From the NCBI RefSeq assembly GCF_004010195.1, contig NC_057720.1:16133776-16153775 (forward strand): DNA of 20,000 nucleotides. The letters run 5' to 3'. Shown here in pieces: positions 1 through 10,814 of this stretch (position 1 is its first letter; every line of letters starts with the position of its first letter). The notes beneath the pieces were generated by a model. That model ran no database searches and was not told the DNA's origin. It saw only the letters and a program-made list of their open reading frames with translations. A program made the position numbers and the translations under genes. This DNA comes from Chiloscyllium plagiosum. Lineage: Eukaryota.

Positions 1-51
1 TCTCAGGCGCTGTGAGGCAGCAGTGCTAACCACTGTGCCACCGTGCTGCCC
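1..51 (-). mobile_element. HE1-type SINE, tRNA-derived 5' head (continues off the left edge)
   Basis: Reverse complement reads GGGCAGCACGGTGGCACAGTGGTTAGCACTGCTGCCTCACAGCGCCTGAGA, near-identical to the heads at 6300-6349 (-) and 11039-11090 (+); contains A-box TGGCACAGTGG. Confidence 0.9.
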
Positions 52-161
52 ACTAATGTAGGGTAATAGGGTAGGGGTGTGGGTCTGGGTGGGAGTCTGA
101 GGCTTGGTGTGGACTTGTTGGGCCGAATGGCCTGTTTACACACTGCACAGATTCTATGATT
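52..161 (+). mobile_element. HE1-type SINE, 3' part
   Basis: GGTGTGGACTTGTTGGGCCGAATGGCCTGTTTACACACTG matches the HE1 3' end at 11288-11328; ends in an ATTCTATGATT tail. Confidence 0.8.
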
Positions 162-258
162 TTTATTGAATTCAATTTTCACCATCAGCCATGGCAGGAT
201 TTAAACCTGGGTGCCAGAACATTACCTGTGTCTCTGGTTTATCAGTCGAGTGACAATA
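162..258 (-). mobile_element. Older tRNA-derived SINE head (family other than HE1)
   Basis: Minus strand has a B-box-like GGTTTAAATCC followed by TGCCATGGCTGATGGTGAAAATTGAATTCAATAAA, resembling a common elasmobranch tRNA-SINE head (recalled, not searched). Confidence 0.55.
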
Positions 259-415
259 TTTTACAAACCGGTCACAAACAGGGACACTTCTTCCATCAAC
301 ATTCATATTAGAAATTTCTTATTTAAACACTTACAATGGCATTACCTTCGTAAACCTCCTACAAGATTACCGAGGTAGGAACATGATAAGCAAGTGACTC
401 AATGCACATTTCTCT

Positions 416-549
416 ATTCTGGATTAGTGGTGCTGGAAGAGCACAGCAGTTCAGGCAGCATCCTTGGATGCTGCCTGAACTGCTGTGCTCTTCCAGCACC
501 ACTAATCCAGAATCTGGTTTCCAGCATCTGCAGTCATTGTTTTGACCTC
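416..549 (+). mobile_element. Short PLE-related element, 5'-truncated, with perfect fold-back
   Basis: Perfect 48-bp inverted repeat 416-463/466-513 with a 2-nt loop, then the family 3' end TCCAGCATCTGCAGTC. Flanked by GCACATTTCTCTAT (404-417) and GCACACTTCTCTAT (550-563), a 14-bp TSD with one mismatch. Confidence 0.8.
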
Positions 550-1024
550 GCACACTTCTCTATGTTTGTTCCTAGTCCCACTTCTGACCAACTGACACTT
601 GAGAAAACACAGATCATGACCCTGCAATCTCAAGGATGGTTCAGCCAACTGAACATATGCAGTATGCACAATTTACCAGGTAGAGCCACAGAATTTAATC
701 ATACCTACCCAAATCATGGAACCTCTCTCTGTCTCAAACATGTCTAATTTTAAAAGCCAGCTATTTCCAGAAATTGTTTTTTTTTTCAGCATTATCCTTT
801 CATAACATAAGAACATTTCTAAAAACATATGAGCACTGATCTGTTTTCATTTTGCTTACTCTATTTTTGATAAAACCTCGAAGTGACAAAGTTCACATTG
901 AAATGCTTAATGTGCTAATTTATTTGCAGGAATTAGCTTGTTTATTTTCTGCCCATTGAAGCTCAGGTATGTGGTATGCAAATCATTTTCTTGGATTCAT
1001 AGCAATATTGATGCAAACACAAAT

Positions 1025-1165
1025 AGAATTGGAGCAGGAGTGGCCCCTTGATTTTGTTCGACCATTCAAGATAGTGGTTGAACAGATCATGACTTCACAG
1101 CCACTTTCATGCTTTCAGCACTACACTCCCGCTACCCTCAACCCTCTTGCAAATCAGAACTTTGC
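1025..1165 (-). mobile_element. Highly decayed CR1-type LINE 3' end
   Basis: GGAGCAGGAGTGGCC...CCATTCAAGATA...GGTTGA resembles the CR1 3' ends at 12729-12800 and 16497-16580. Confidence 0.4.
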
Positions 1166-1310
1166 ATACATTCAATAAACAACTTTCTGTTATGATCCCA
1201 GATAGAAGGCTGCAGTCTTTTTTTTTTGAAACAATACAAAAATTTTGTAAAAGGAATAAAAATAAACAAAACAAGCTATTTACATATAGAATACACAGGA
1301 AGAGGAGAAT

Positions 1311-1420
1311 CAAAATATTAACTGTGTTTCTCTCTCCATAATTGCTGCCACACCTGCTGGGTTTCTGCAGCCCTTTTTATGTTTATTTCAGATTTCCAAC
1401 ATCTGCCGTACTTTGCTTTT
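1311..1420 (+). mobile_element. Old PLE-related short element (hammerhead family, decayed)
   Basis: AAAATATTAACTGTGTTTCTCTCTCCA...TGCTGCCACACCTGCTG...ATTTCCAACATCTGCCGTA aligns with the copies at 10837-10910, 15911-15982 and the tail at 518-535. Confidence 0.65.
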
Positions 1421-1689
1421 AAATATAGAATACATTCTAAAAGACCTTAAAAACATACAACAAAATATGAAGTCTTACATATTTCTCAACACCGCTTTAC
1501 AGCATCTCAATGCAGGGAAATTATCCTTCTATACTTAGGTTTCATTTAACTGCTTCTTTCTAGTTCTGTCCTGTGAACTGTGAAATCTTCTTATAATAGT
1601 GCACATAATAAATGAAAACTTAGACTTTACTCAGTCTTCTAATAATCTGCAGATTTCTAATCAAACTTTCCTGATCTGGAAGTTTCACA

Positions 1690-1850
1690 AGTTAAAGCGA
1701 GGGCAAGGAAACCCCTATCCTTGTTCTGGGAGAGCAGGGAAGGGGTGAGGGCAGAAATACAGGAAATGGGATGGACACAGCTATCACCTCCCTGTCTATG
1801 ATGGGAGGTATCCTTGATTGAGGAAATCGGAGGACACATCCGAGACACCC
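1690..1850 (-). pseudogene. Penelope-like element ORF relic (C-terminal RT/linker region)
   Basis: Two minus frames give DVSSDFLNQGYLPS and CVHPISCISALTPSLLSQNKDRGFLALAL, resembling the PLE motif F.xRGY/FP...RVRPISRTSAL.PS...NKDRVPLVLTF as recalled. Confidence 0.6.
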
Positions 1851-1866
1851 TACTCGACATAGACGT

Positions 1867-2356
1867 TGCCATTATTGGAAAGACAAATGAGGAAATAGAG
1901 ACTATTTCAAATACCATCCAATGAGGATTGAGCAGTTGGTCATGAGGTGGTAGTTCCATTCAAGTACCAAAAATAGATTTGATGAGTAGCTCATGAAATT
2001 CCAATGACAGGTCACTGAGGAATAAAGTAAACACACAAAGATGTGATCAAATTTTAACCAGATGTGCCATACAGATCAGGTAGTGGGAAAATCCAAGCCA
2101 TCACATACACTGGTGTCTTTAATCTCAATACCTGCTTTTGAAGAAACATTTAGCAGCACCTGAATAGATTGTATAGGGCCTGTACCTATAACCAGAAATG
2201 GGTATCATTATCTTTTAACAATTTTGGGTGTTTCATCAAGATTTCCTGAAGCAATGCAATTAGGCAATATCACTGTAAAAATGGCGATGGAAAAGTTTGT
2301 TCAATTTTTTTTAAAACAAGGTACACTTACCCAAGGAAATACAATCATATCAAGGT
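1867..2356 (+). pseudogene. Gypsy/Ty3 LTR-retrotransposon integrase relic
   Basis: Translation with stops and frameshifts: MRK*R...HEVVVPFKYQK...AHEIPMTGH*GIK*T (HHCC histidines), CHTDQVVGK, IPAFEETFS, IDCIGPVPITRNGYHYLLTI, SRFPEAMQL, LPKEIQSYQG (core motifs around the first two catalytic Asp positions). Confidence 0.85.
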
Positions 2357-2530
2357 TTGGCTAGATTAAAGAAAGCACACTTCAGTAATTTAATAATCTT
2401 TTGATTTCTAATCAAACACCACTGCTCTGGACATTTCAAGCGCTAGCCTTTTACTAATAGGTAACTGGGTTTTCCATTCACTGTTTTATACTCCTTTCTA
2501 GGGGAAAATCTACAGCAGTCAGGTCCGCTC

Positions 2531-2630
2531 TGAAACAGAAATTGCTAGAAAAACTCAGCAGCTCTGGCATCATCTGTGGAGAAAAATCAGATGTAACTTT
2601 TCAGGTCCAATGACCCTCCTTCAGAACTCT
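2531..2630 (-). mobile_element. PLE-related short element with degenerate hammerhead (second subfamily)
   Basis: Minus strand: GAGTT-CTGAAGG-A-GGGTC-ATTG-GACCT-GAAAA-GTT-ACATC, then TCTCCACAGATGATGCCAGAGCTGCTGAGTTTTTCTAGCAATTTCTG. Confidence 0.7.
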
Positions 2631-4206
2631 AAAACTGTTCTAAAAATTTTCAGTCTCTGGGCTTGCTAAACTAAAAATGAATTTTCAATTATTCAAAACC
2701 AAAACTAAACAAATGTATTTCCATTTTTATTCTAAGACGTAAACTTCACAGAATGAACTAACAATCTTCCATTTACACTCCAAGAGATCTGCTGTTTGGC
2801 ACATACTGGTTTAGGCTATTGTTCTAGGAAGGATGCTCAGAATTTTTTTTGAACTTCACAGAAGTAACCAACACCCATATGCCACTAGTTTGAAAACCAA
2901 AATGCTAAAAATCATAATATATATTAAGTCACAACTTTTTTATTACACCTTTGAGGTACCTAATTCCAAACATTAACATCCTTAAGAGAAGAACTTTGTC
3001 TTGTATTTATCTAAATAAAAATTAGAAAGAGAGAAAAATGCTAAGCAAAAATATGAAGAACTGGACAAAAAAACTTAAAGAAAGAATTAAATAAATAATG
3101 TATTGCAACCTTGAGATGTAAATTCATTTCAATTTGATAACACGCATAAATTATTTCAATAAAATGGCTTTAATATGAAAACATTTTTAGTCAGATCATT
3201 GGCATAAATTTAAGGTCAGCATGGCCAGCTCTCTATAAACCCATAAAGTTACATTCTCATCTCAGATCCTACGCATTGCTATTGCTGGACAATCAAGTTA
3301 AAAAAGATAATGTACATGAGATCAAAGGTCACAATATCAACGTCATTTGCAATCTGGAAGTCTTAACCTTCAGAATTAATCTTGCTCCTGTGGCTGTGCC
3401 TGCAGCCTGGTGATATCAGAATAACTATTTTCACACGGAATAAAAAGGTCTACAAAAAATATACTTTTCAACACAATTTCTGCCTTTGGAGTCATTCAGG
3501 TGGTTTTAAAAATAACATTACAGCTTTTACTACTATTTGTAGTAGGAGTTGAATAGATGTCAAAGTTAAACAAGTGTCAGGCCCAATTAGCATTCCCAAC
3601 AGTGTTTAGTAAGCTCAATAATGGTGAGCTCTCTGGTGGAGGCATTAATTGCCTATGCCACCAGTAATGGTCCTTCTGCACAATTGTACGTCCAAAAAAA
3701 TTACAGATTACAGAAAACTGCACCAGGCTCGTTAAAAGAAGTAGTATAATTGAGACTCTCTAAAGGGAACAGAAAAGATCACTAGCTAATCATAGAGAAA
3801 ATTTGATTTAAGAAATTAATAGCACAAGGTTAGAACTATCTACATTAGCAAACAGGCTGGTGCAATGTAAAGGTTATGGAATCATTGTGTGTGTGTGGGT
3901 TTCAGTGGTGATTGTGGACATAAAAATACTGAGTGCTAAATTATTCAGGGGACAAAACATCAGCATTAATCTGAGGTTCAGCTATTGTGCTTTAGACATA
4001 TTGGGGTGGGGTGGAGTGGAGAAGCAGAAAGTGACGACCTAATGTTAGAATGCAAAATATGTTCTCAGTATATTTACACAAGCATGGCTTGCAGGTAAAT
4101 GATATAAATCTGGTCATTAGGTTGAGTTCTTTACAATGTATATTGTATAGCAGTATGTACATTGTTGATGAATGCAGATTTTAACATACCTTCCAAACCA
4201 TAAACT

Positions 4207-4632
4207 ATAGAGTCATAGAGTCATAGAGATGTACAGCCTGGATACAGACCCTTCGGCCCAACTCATCCATGCCGACCAGATATCCCAACCCAATCTAGTC
4301 CCACTTGCCAGCATCCAGCCCATATCCCTCCAAACCCTTCTTATTCATATACCCATCCAGATGCCTTTTAAATGTTGCAATTGTACATGACTCCACCAAT
4401 TCGTCTGGCAACTCATTCCATACACACACCACCTTCTGCATGAAAAAGTTGCCCCTTTGGTCTCTTTTATACCTTTCCCCTCTCACCTTAAACCTATGCC
4501 CTATAGTTCTGGACTCCTCCACCCTAAGGAAAGGATCTTGGGTATTTACCCTATCGATGCTCTTCATGTTTATAAACCTTTATAAGGTCACCCCTCAGCC
4601 TCTGATGCACCAGGGAAAACAGCCTCAGCCAA
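4207..4632 (-). mobile_element. CR1/HER1-type LINE, 5'-truncated 3' end
   Basis: ORF2 C-terminus RLRGDLIKVYK / GHRFKVRGERYKRDQRGNFF...WNELP...FKRHLDGYM*, 3' UTR and (CTCTATGA)n tail. Confidence 0.92.
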
Positions 4633-5590
4633 CATTGACTGTTTCTATATATAGCTCTCCAAATGGAATGGATGCCAGCAAAAAAAATGGCAACTGATAA
4701 ACTGTTATATACAGGAGCCAGCATACATTGGAACAATCTTTTATAGAAGTCTGTGCTTTGCATCATATCGATTATTGCAATTGTTGGAATGAAAATTTGA
4801 GCATTAAACTTTACTAATTGGCTCAAATAATAATGGTTTGTAAAATGAAAGATGTTACTCAATAAATGCAGACATGAAAATCAAACGACATTGAGGAGCT
4901 CACTCAGAATCAACCAACTTGGTTCCTTAAATTGCTTCTGAAGGCTTCGTTTTTATTAGCCAGGCATTTGTAATGCAGAAACCCATTACTATACTCTGTT
5001 TAACAATTTCCCAATTTATGAACCAACAAATTTCTTGCAAAATGATTATTTGTTGGATAAATAATGCCCAATGCAACTGTAAAGAGAATGAGGCACCTGA
5101 CTCCGTCTAAATGCTTAGACACTGATAAGTAGCTGGCGCTATGAAGTTTTCATTTGGAGCCATCTCAAAAGGACACAGATAACCTTTCCCCAAACCACAG
5201 GAGGACAACTAGTAAGCATAGGTTTGAGCCTTCACTGGGAGCATGAGGAGCTCATTGAGCAACATAATTCCCCAAAGGATCAGAGGGACTATCACCATCG
5301 TTCCTCAGCAACATGTTAAAACAGCAAACCTCAGCAAACCTTGGTTCCACAGATGTAGAACTGGAGTTTCAGAAGCAGCTCATCTTACTCTAACCAAGTC
5401 CTGCAGGGTGGAGTGTTGCAGAGGCAGGACATTCTCATCTCCCAGAGCCAACAGAGGAGACCACAAGACCCAGACCATGCCAGTCTGGTCTGAGGTTGCC
5501 ACCTGGGTTAAAGCTGTCTCATCTACCTTGAGGAACACCCATTATTTTTTAAACACATTTTAAACCTTCCTTTAGACCTAGACTAATGTC

Positions 5591-5680
5591 CTGATGAAGG
5601 GCTCCTGCCCGAAACATAAATTTTCCTGCTCCTCGGATGCTGCCTGACCTGCTGTGCTTTTCCAGCACCACTTTAATCTT
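5591..5680 (+). mobile_element. Short PLE-related element starting at the hammerhead core
   Basis: CTGATGA-A-GGGC-TCCT-GCCC-GAAAC at 5591-5615, then the body shared with 18739-18800; 11-bp direct repeat GACTAATGTCC at 5581-5591 and 5681-5691. Confidence 0.8.
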
Positions 5681-5691
5681 GACTAATGTCC

Positions 5692-5885
5692 CAGGTTCTC
5701 TATTCTGCCCATATAGCTGAACTCTATCATACATGACACCATTCTGTTCAATCTGCCGTAATCCATCTCCAAGGCCTTAACATCCTGCCTTAATGTAACA
5801 CTCAGAATTGTTCTAAATTCCCCCATCAGAGGTCTCAGCAATGATGCATAAAGTCTTAGCTTAACTTCCTTGCTTTTCTATTCTT
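5692..5885 (-). mobile_element. Decayed CR1-type LINE ORF2 C-terminal fragment
   Basis: CTCCAAGGCCTTAACATCCTGCCT...CAGAATTG...ACTTCCTTGCTTTTCTATTC parallels 14790-14910 and 16990-17106. Confidence 0.5.
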
Positions 5886-6010
5886 TTATCCCAATATCAA
5901 CCACAGAATCTACCCAACCATGATAACATGAGACACAACAAAAGAGAATGTTAAGTATGGGAAACATGCTCTCGGTACACTTTTTGACATTCCACTGCTT
6001 TTGTCTTTTT

Positions 6011-6349
6011 TTAGATTAGATTAGATTAGATTAGATTAGATTACTTACAGTGTGGAAACAGGCCCTTCGGCCCAACAAGTCCGCACTGACCCGCCGAAGC
6101 GCAACCCACCCAGACCCATTCCCCTACATTTACCCCTTCATCTAACACTACAGGCAATTTAACTCGGCCAATTCACCTAACCTGCACATTTTTGGACTGT
6201 GGGAGGAAACCGGAGCACCCGGAGGAAACCCACGCAGACACAGGGGGATCGTGCAAACTCCACACAGAGAGTCACCTGAGGCGGGAATTGAACCCGGGTC
6301 TCTGGCGCTGTGAGGCAGCAGTGCTAACCACTGTGCCACCGTGCCACCC
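6011..6349 (-). mobile_element. Full-length HE1-type SINE with (TCTAA)n tail
   Basis: A-box TGGCACAGTGG, B-box GGTTCAATTCC, core GTGTGGAGTTTGCAC...GGGTGCTCCGGTTTCCTCCCAC, LINE-like 3' end and (TTAGA)6 on + at 6011-6040. Confidence 0.95.
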
Positions 6350-7603
6350 ACTTAACTAAATTGGCTACCAACTGTATAATCAGGAACCCAATTTAAAATG
6401 CAATACTACTGCTCAGGTTTCTCAGGATCAGAAATCCTGAAAGGGATTACCCAGATCCATAAGTTGTCTTTTACAGCATTTCTTGTTAGTCAGGAAGAGC
6501 AGAAGTGTGTTGTATCATTGCATTGACTCCTGATCAGACAATTATATATCACATCATGCTTTAGTGTTAAAGTATTCGCCTCACTGCCAGACCCTGTTTC
6601 TATGCAATGAAATCAGTCAGCTATGTGTATGTAATATATGGTGGCAAATCATTAAACACTAAACCCAGATTGTGTTTAAACTTGCAATATTGTAGCAGTA
6701 TATATAATTAGTGTTGTTAATAAACTTCAAGGCACCTGTCTCAATAAGAACTCAGTTCTCTGTGGTATTCGTTATTCTGCGTAACGGATAGAAAACCACC
6801 GACCATATCAGGGCACTCTTTCCCCAGCCCATCAAGGAAATCTTGGGCTCTCTCTCCTACCAATCAGAAACTCTCCCTCCCTTTTTCCAATCAGGCCTCT
6901 CTTGCCACAGCCCTTCTGATCATGAATCTTTCCAACTGCTGATTGCTGGGGATTGTTGTTTATTGAATCAATGAATTATAATCTCCTTAACTTTAAAAAA
7001 ATTGCAATTACTATTTAATAGTGGAAAAGAAGACAACAATATTTTAAGTTAAGACTTTTACTGTAATAATTGAGTAAACATTATCTTTGTCAGCAACATA
7101 TACTTGCAATCACAAATAAACATTCTCTTTTAATACAAGCAAAGACACACATTGCACTGATTATTAAATAGACAACTAATTCTCCTGAGGCCATGGTTTA
7201 TCATTCCCAAGGGTTAACTTCAGTCCTTTACCTTAATCATCCAGGGAGCTTCATAATCGCAAAACTGTCTTTTACAGTGAGGTTTATTTTCTCCTAAAGA
7301 TTCTCCCTCTGCCACAGGCTAGGCAAATCTTTCAGTCTCATTTTAACTTTTTATTACTTCAATATTTTCAATCAATGCATGGGCTCTCAGCCACAATCTT
7401 ATGAACCTCATTTTTATTACAAATTTAAGCTAAGTGCACCCAGGTGGAAGGCATTGATTGGATGGTCACTTGCACATGCTACTTTGCAACTTATTTTTTG
7501 TTACATATTACTTCTAGTTGGCGAACAATTTTTAACATCACATTGTATAGGACTGAGTAAAATGTCAAATTAATACAAAAATTTAAATATGTGATTGTAT
7601 GGA

Positions 7604-9130
7604 TTGTATGTGATTGTGAGGAATAAAAGGATGATTAGGGTAGGAATAGGGCCAATCAAAGACAGAAGTGGGAAGTTGAGTGTGGACCCTGTAGTGATCA
7701 GAGAGGTGCTAAACGAACATTTATCATCAGTTTTCACTCAGGAAAAGGAGAATATTGTTGAGGAGAAGAATGAGATGCAAGATATTAGACTAGAAAGGAT
7801 CGAGGTTAGTTACAAACAGGTGTTATCAATTCCAGAAGGAGTGAAAGTAGACAAGTCCCCTGGGCTGGATGAGATTTATCCGAGGATTCTCTGGGAAGCT
7901 GGGGAGGAGATAGCAGAGCCTTTGGCTTTGGTATTTGAGTCGTCATTGTCTACAGGTTTAGTACAAGAGGACTGGAGGATTGCAAATGTTGTTCCCTTGT
8001 TCAAGAAGGGCAGCAGAGATGACCCAGGTTATTACAGACCAGTGAGCCTTACTTCTGTTATAGGAAAGGTTTATAAGAGATAAGGTTTCTAATCATCTAG
8101 CAAGCAACAATTTGATTTCAGATAGTCAACATGGTTTTGTCAAGGGCAGGTCATGTCTCACAAACCTCATTGAGTTTTTTGAGAAGGTGACCAAGCATAT
8201 AGATGAGGGTAGGGCAGTTGACGTGGTATACATGGACATCAGTAAAGCCTNNNNNNNNNNNNNNNNNNNNNNNNNNNNNNNNNNNNNNNNNNNNNNNNNN
8301 NNNNNNNNNNNNNNNNNNNNNNNNNNNNNNNNNNNNNNNNNNNNNNNNNNNNNNNNNNNNNNNNNNNNNNNNNNNNNNNNNNNNNNNNNNNNNNNNNTGG
8401 AAAGATTCTTGGCAGTGTGGATGTGCAGAGGGATTTTGGAGTCCATGTACATAGATCCGTGAAAGTTGCCACCCAGGTGGATCGTGCTGTTAAGAAGGCA
8501 TACGGTGTGTTAGGTTTCATTGGTAGAGGGATTGAGTTCCAGAGCCGCAATGTCATGCTGCAACTATACAAAACGTTGGTGCGGCCACACTTGGAATATT
8601 GTGTACAGTTCTGGTCCCCATATTTTGGGAAGGATGTGGAAGCAATGGGAAAGGTGCAGTGGATATTTACCAGGATATTGCCTGATCTGAAGGGAATGCC
8701 TTATGAGGAAAGGCTGAGAGACTTGAACCTGTTCTCATTGCCAAGAAGAAGGCTAAGAGGGGATTTGACAGAGACATACAAGATGATCGGAGGACTAGAT
8801 AGAGTAGACAGTGAAAGTCTTTTTCCTCGGATGATGACATCAACGTGTACGAGGGGGAATAATTATAAATTGAGGGGTGATAGATTTAAGATCGATGTCA
8901 GAGGCGGGTTCTTTACGCAGAGAGTGGTAAGGGCATGGAATGCCCTACCTACTAAGGTAGTCAACTCAGCCACATTAGGGAGATTTAAACAATCCTTAGG
9001 TAAGCACATGGATGATGTTGGGATAGTGTAGGGGAACTATCTGAGAATAGTTCACAGGTCAGCACAACATCGAAGGCCGAAGGGCCTGGTCTGCGCTGTA
9101 TTGTTCGATGTTCTTTGTTCTATGTTCTAT
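7604..9130 (+). mobile_element. CR1-type LINE, 5'-truncated ORF2 (reverse transcriptase), frameshifted and gapped
   Basis: KSPGLDEIYPRIL, DWRIANVVPLFKKG, YRPVSLTSV, QHGFVKGRSCLTNL, VYMDISKA, LYKTLVRPHLEYCVQFWSP; frameshift near 8070; (GTTCTAT)n tail ending at 9130. Confidence 0.95.
8251..8397. other. Assembly gap (147 N)
   Basis: Run of N seen directly. Confidence 1.
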
Positions 9131-10814
9131 TACTGAGTAAGTTGAATGTTCACGCTATGTTTACATTTACTGTTTCTGTAAACAAACCACTGAAACATAC
9201 TGTGTCTCTCATTTAAATAGGAAAAGGAGGAATGTAATATACTGAGAATTGTATTGTGTATTCTGTCCACTTAAGACTACCATAAATGCATACAAGCAGA
9301 TTGAACCCAGCAGGAGAATAAAGGAACTCACATTGACAGCCCATGCAGTCCTAATTCTGAAAGTCACTTACTGAATCTGACTGTTTGTTCCCAAGAACTT
9401 TGTGAAATGAAGACATATTAGTCAGTCTGTCTATGAAAATAAGGTGGACTTGAAAGGCCATAGAGGTTTGCAAGTATTTTTCTGTTTTGAATTATGGTAA
9501 TAAAACAACTACAGCCTACGGCTAAAGCAAATTCACAACTTGAGAAATTTACATGTCACAGACACAAAAGCAGTGGTAAGATGGCTATTGTGTTAGCATA
9601 CAGTCTGTAACTTTGAGCAACATGTAATAAAGTGTGAGTGGGGCAATCATTATGCAAAATCAATAACTTAATAAATCAATCAATCATTATTACTCAAAAA
9701 GGGGACTATCCAGTTTTCTGAATTAAGCAACTTAAGTCTGAACTTAGTGCTAACAAATTAAACAATCAAATAATTTAAATTAACCAACCTTGAATTGGAT
9801 AGAGGTTTTGTTATAATTAGTTATCTTCATTGTAATTAATTCTCTGTCGAAAGCTGTATATTGTTCGGCAAATTACTAAGTAGTTTTATTCGGGGCTATA
9901 CAATTAGCAGGATAAGTAAAGGTGACTAAGACTTGTTTTAAAAAATTCAATTTGGATGCACTTATATTGGACAAATTGAGTTTCAGTCTAAATGTATCAG
10001 ATCGATACTAAATTGTTTTGAACTATGTGACATTTGGGGAAAGTAATCAGTAAGTATCTAGATAACGAAGAATGCAGTTAATACATATTCCCTAATTGTA
10101 TAAGCCAATTGACTTTTAAAAATCTATTATAATGTAGTTCCCTGCATCAGATGAGTATTTTTAAGTCAATCTTTTTTTTAATACATTTTCATTCGGCTTG
10201 GCAACTATCTTGAATTAAGTAAGTATAGAGGGCCTCACAGTTCAAAGCAATTTGAATTCTTACTGTGAGGTCAACATTGTTTTTCTTTCTCTTCAACATT
10301 TGCTCTAAACAAACACAGATGTATCCAGAATATAGAGAATAATTTCTAACTTCACAAAACTCAAATCCTTGTTAACAGTACAAACAACACTAAACTATAA
10401 ATACCCAACTGTAGAAAAAGACTTTTGCAGATAGCTCAAAACCCTTAAGTCCTAGGTTTACAGAGACAATTCACATGTTACTATATGAGATGTTAATAAA
10501 TTAGAACCAATTACCATATTTAAATTAGATCAACTACAAAATAAATCCCCCTAATTACTTGAGCTGTAACTCCTATGTTTATGAAACTGAAAAGTACATT
10601 CATTATGTTAAAAGCTGTAATACATTAATAAGTTGCTAAATATACTTAATTCAAAACTGGTTAATTACAAAATATAACGCAAAGAACCACGTTTTAGTTT
10701 CTTGTAATTGGATGAGCAATTTCCATTATATCATTGTCTAATTTAAAATGCTGTTTGCCGAAACACAAAAGATAGATATGTAATTAATTCCTACATTATG
10801 CAAACAGAGAATGT

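Noticed and set aside
359..747. Overlapping antisense ORFs with near-identical peptides (also 18628-18909)
   Set aside because: Artefact of the palindromic elements, which read the same on both strands.
2742..2873. Direct repeat AACTTCACAGAA 110 bp apart
   Set aside because: Only two copies and nothing recognisable between them; chance or a small old duplication.
5243..5563. 106-aa ORF in a more GC-balanced segment
   Set aside because: No recognisable motif and no convincing splice sites.
6011..6043. (TTAGA)n as telomere-like repeat or CRISPR-like array
   Set aside because: It is the simple-repeat tail of HE1, has no spacers, and recurs at 11329-11353 and 17690-17709.
6148..6351. ORFs over HE1 SINEs (also 3-185 and 10933-11323)
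   Set aside because: Chance frames in GC-rich SINE sequence.
8417..9031. 204-aa ORF as a host gene
   Set aside because: It is the C-terminus of a truncated, frameshifted CR1 ORF2.
10231..10272. Small bulged hairpin CCTCACAG-TTCAAA...TTTGAA...CTGTGAGG
   Set aside because: Too short for a pre-miRNA and no other support.
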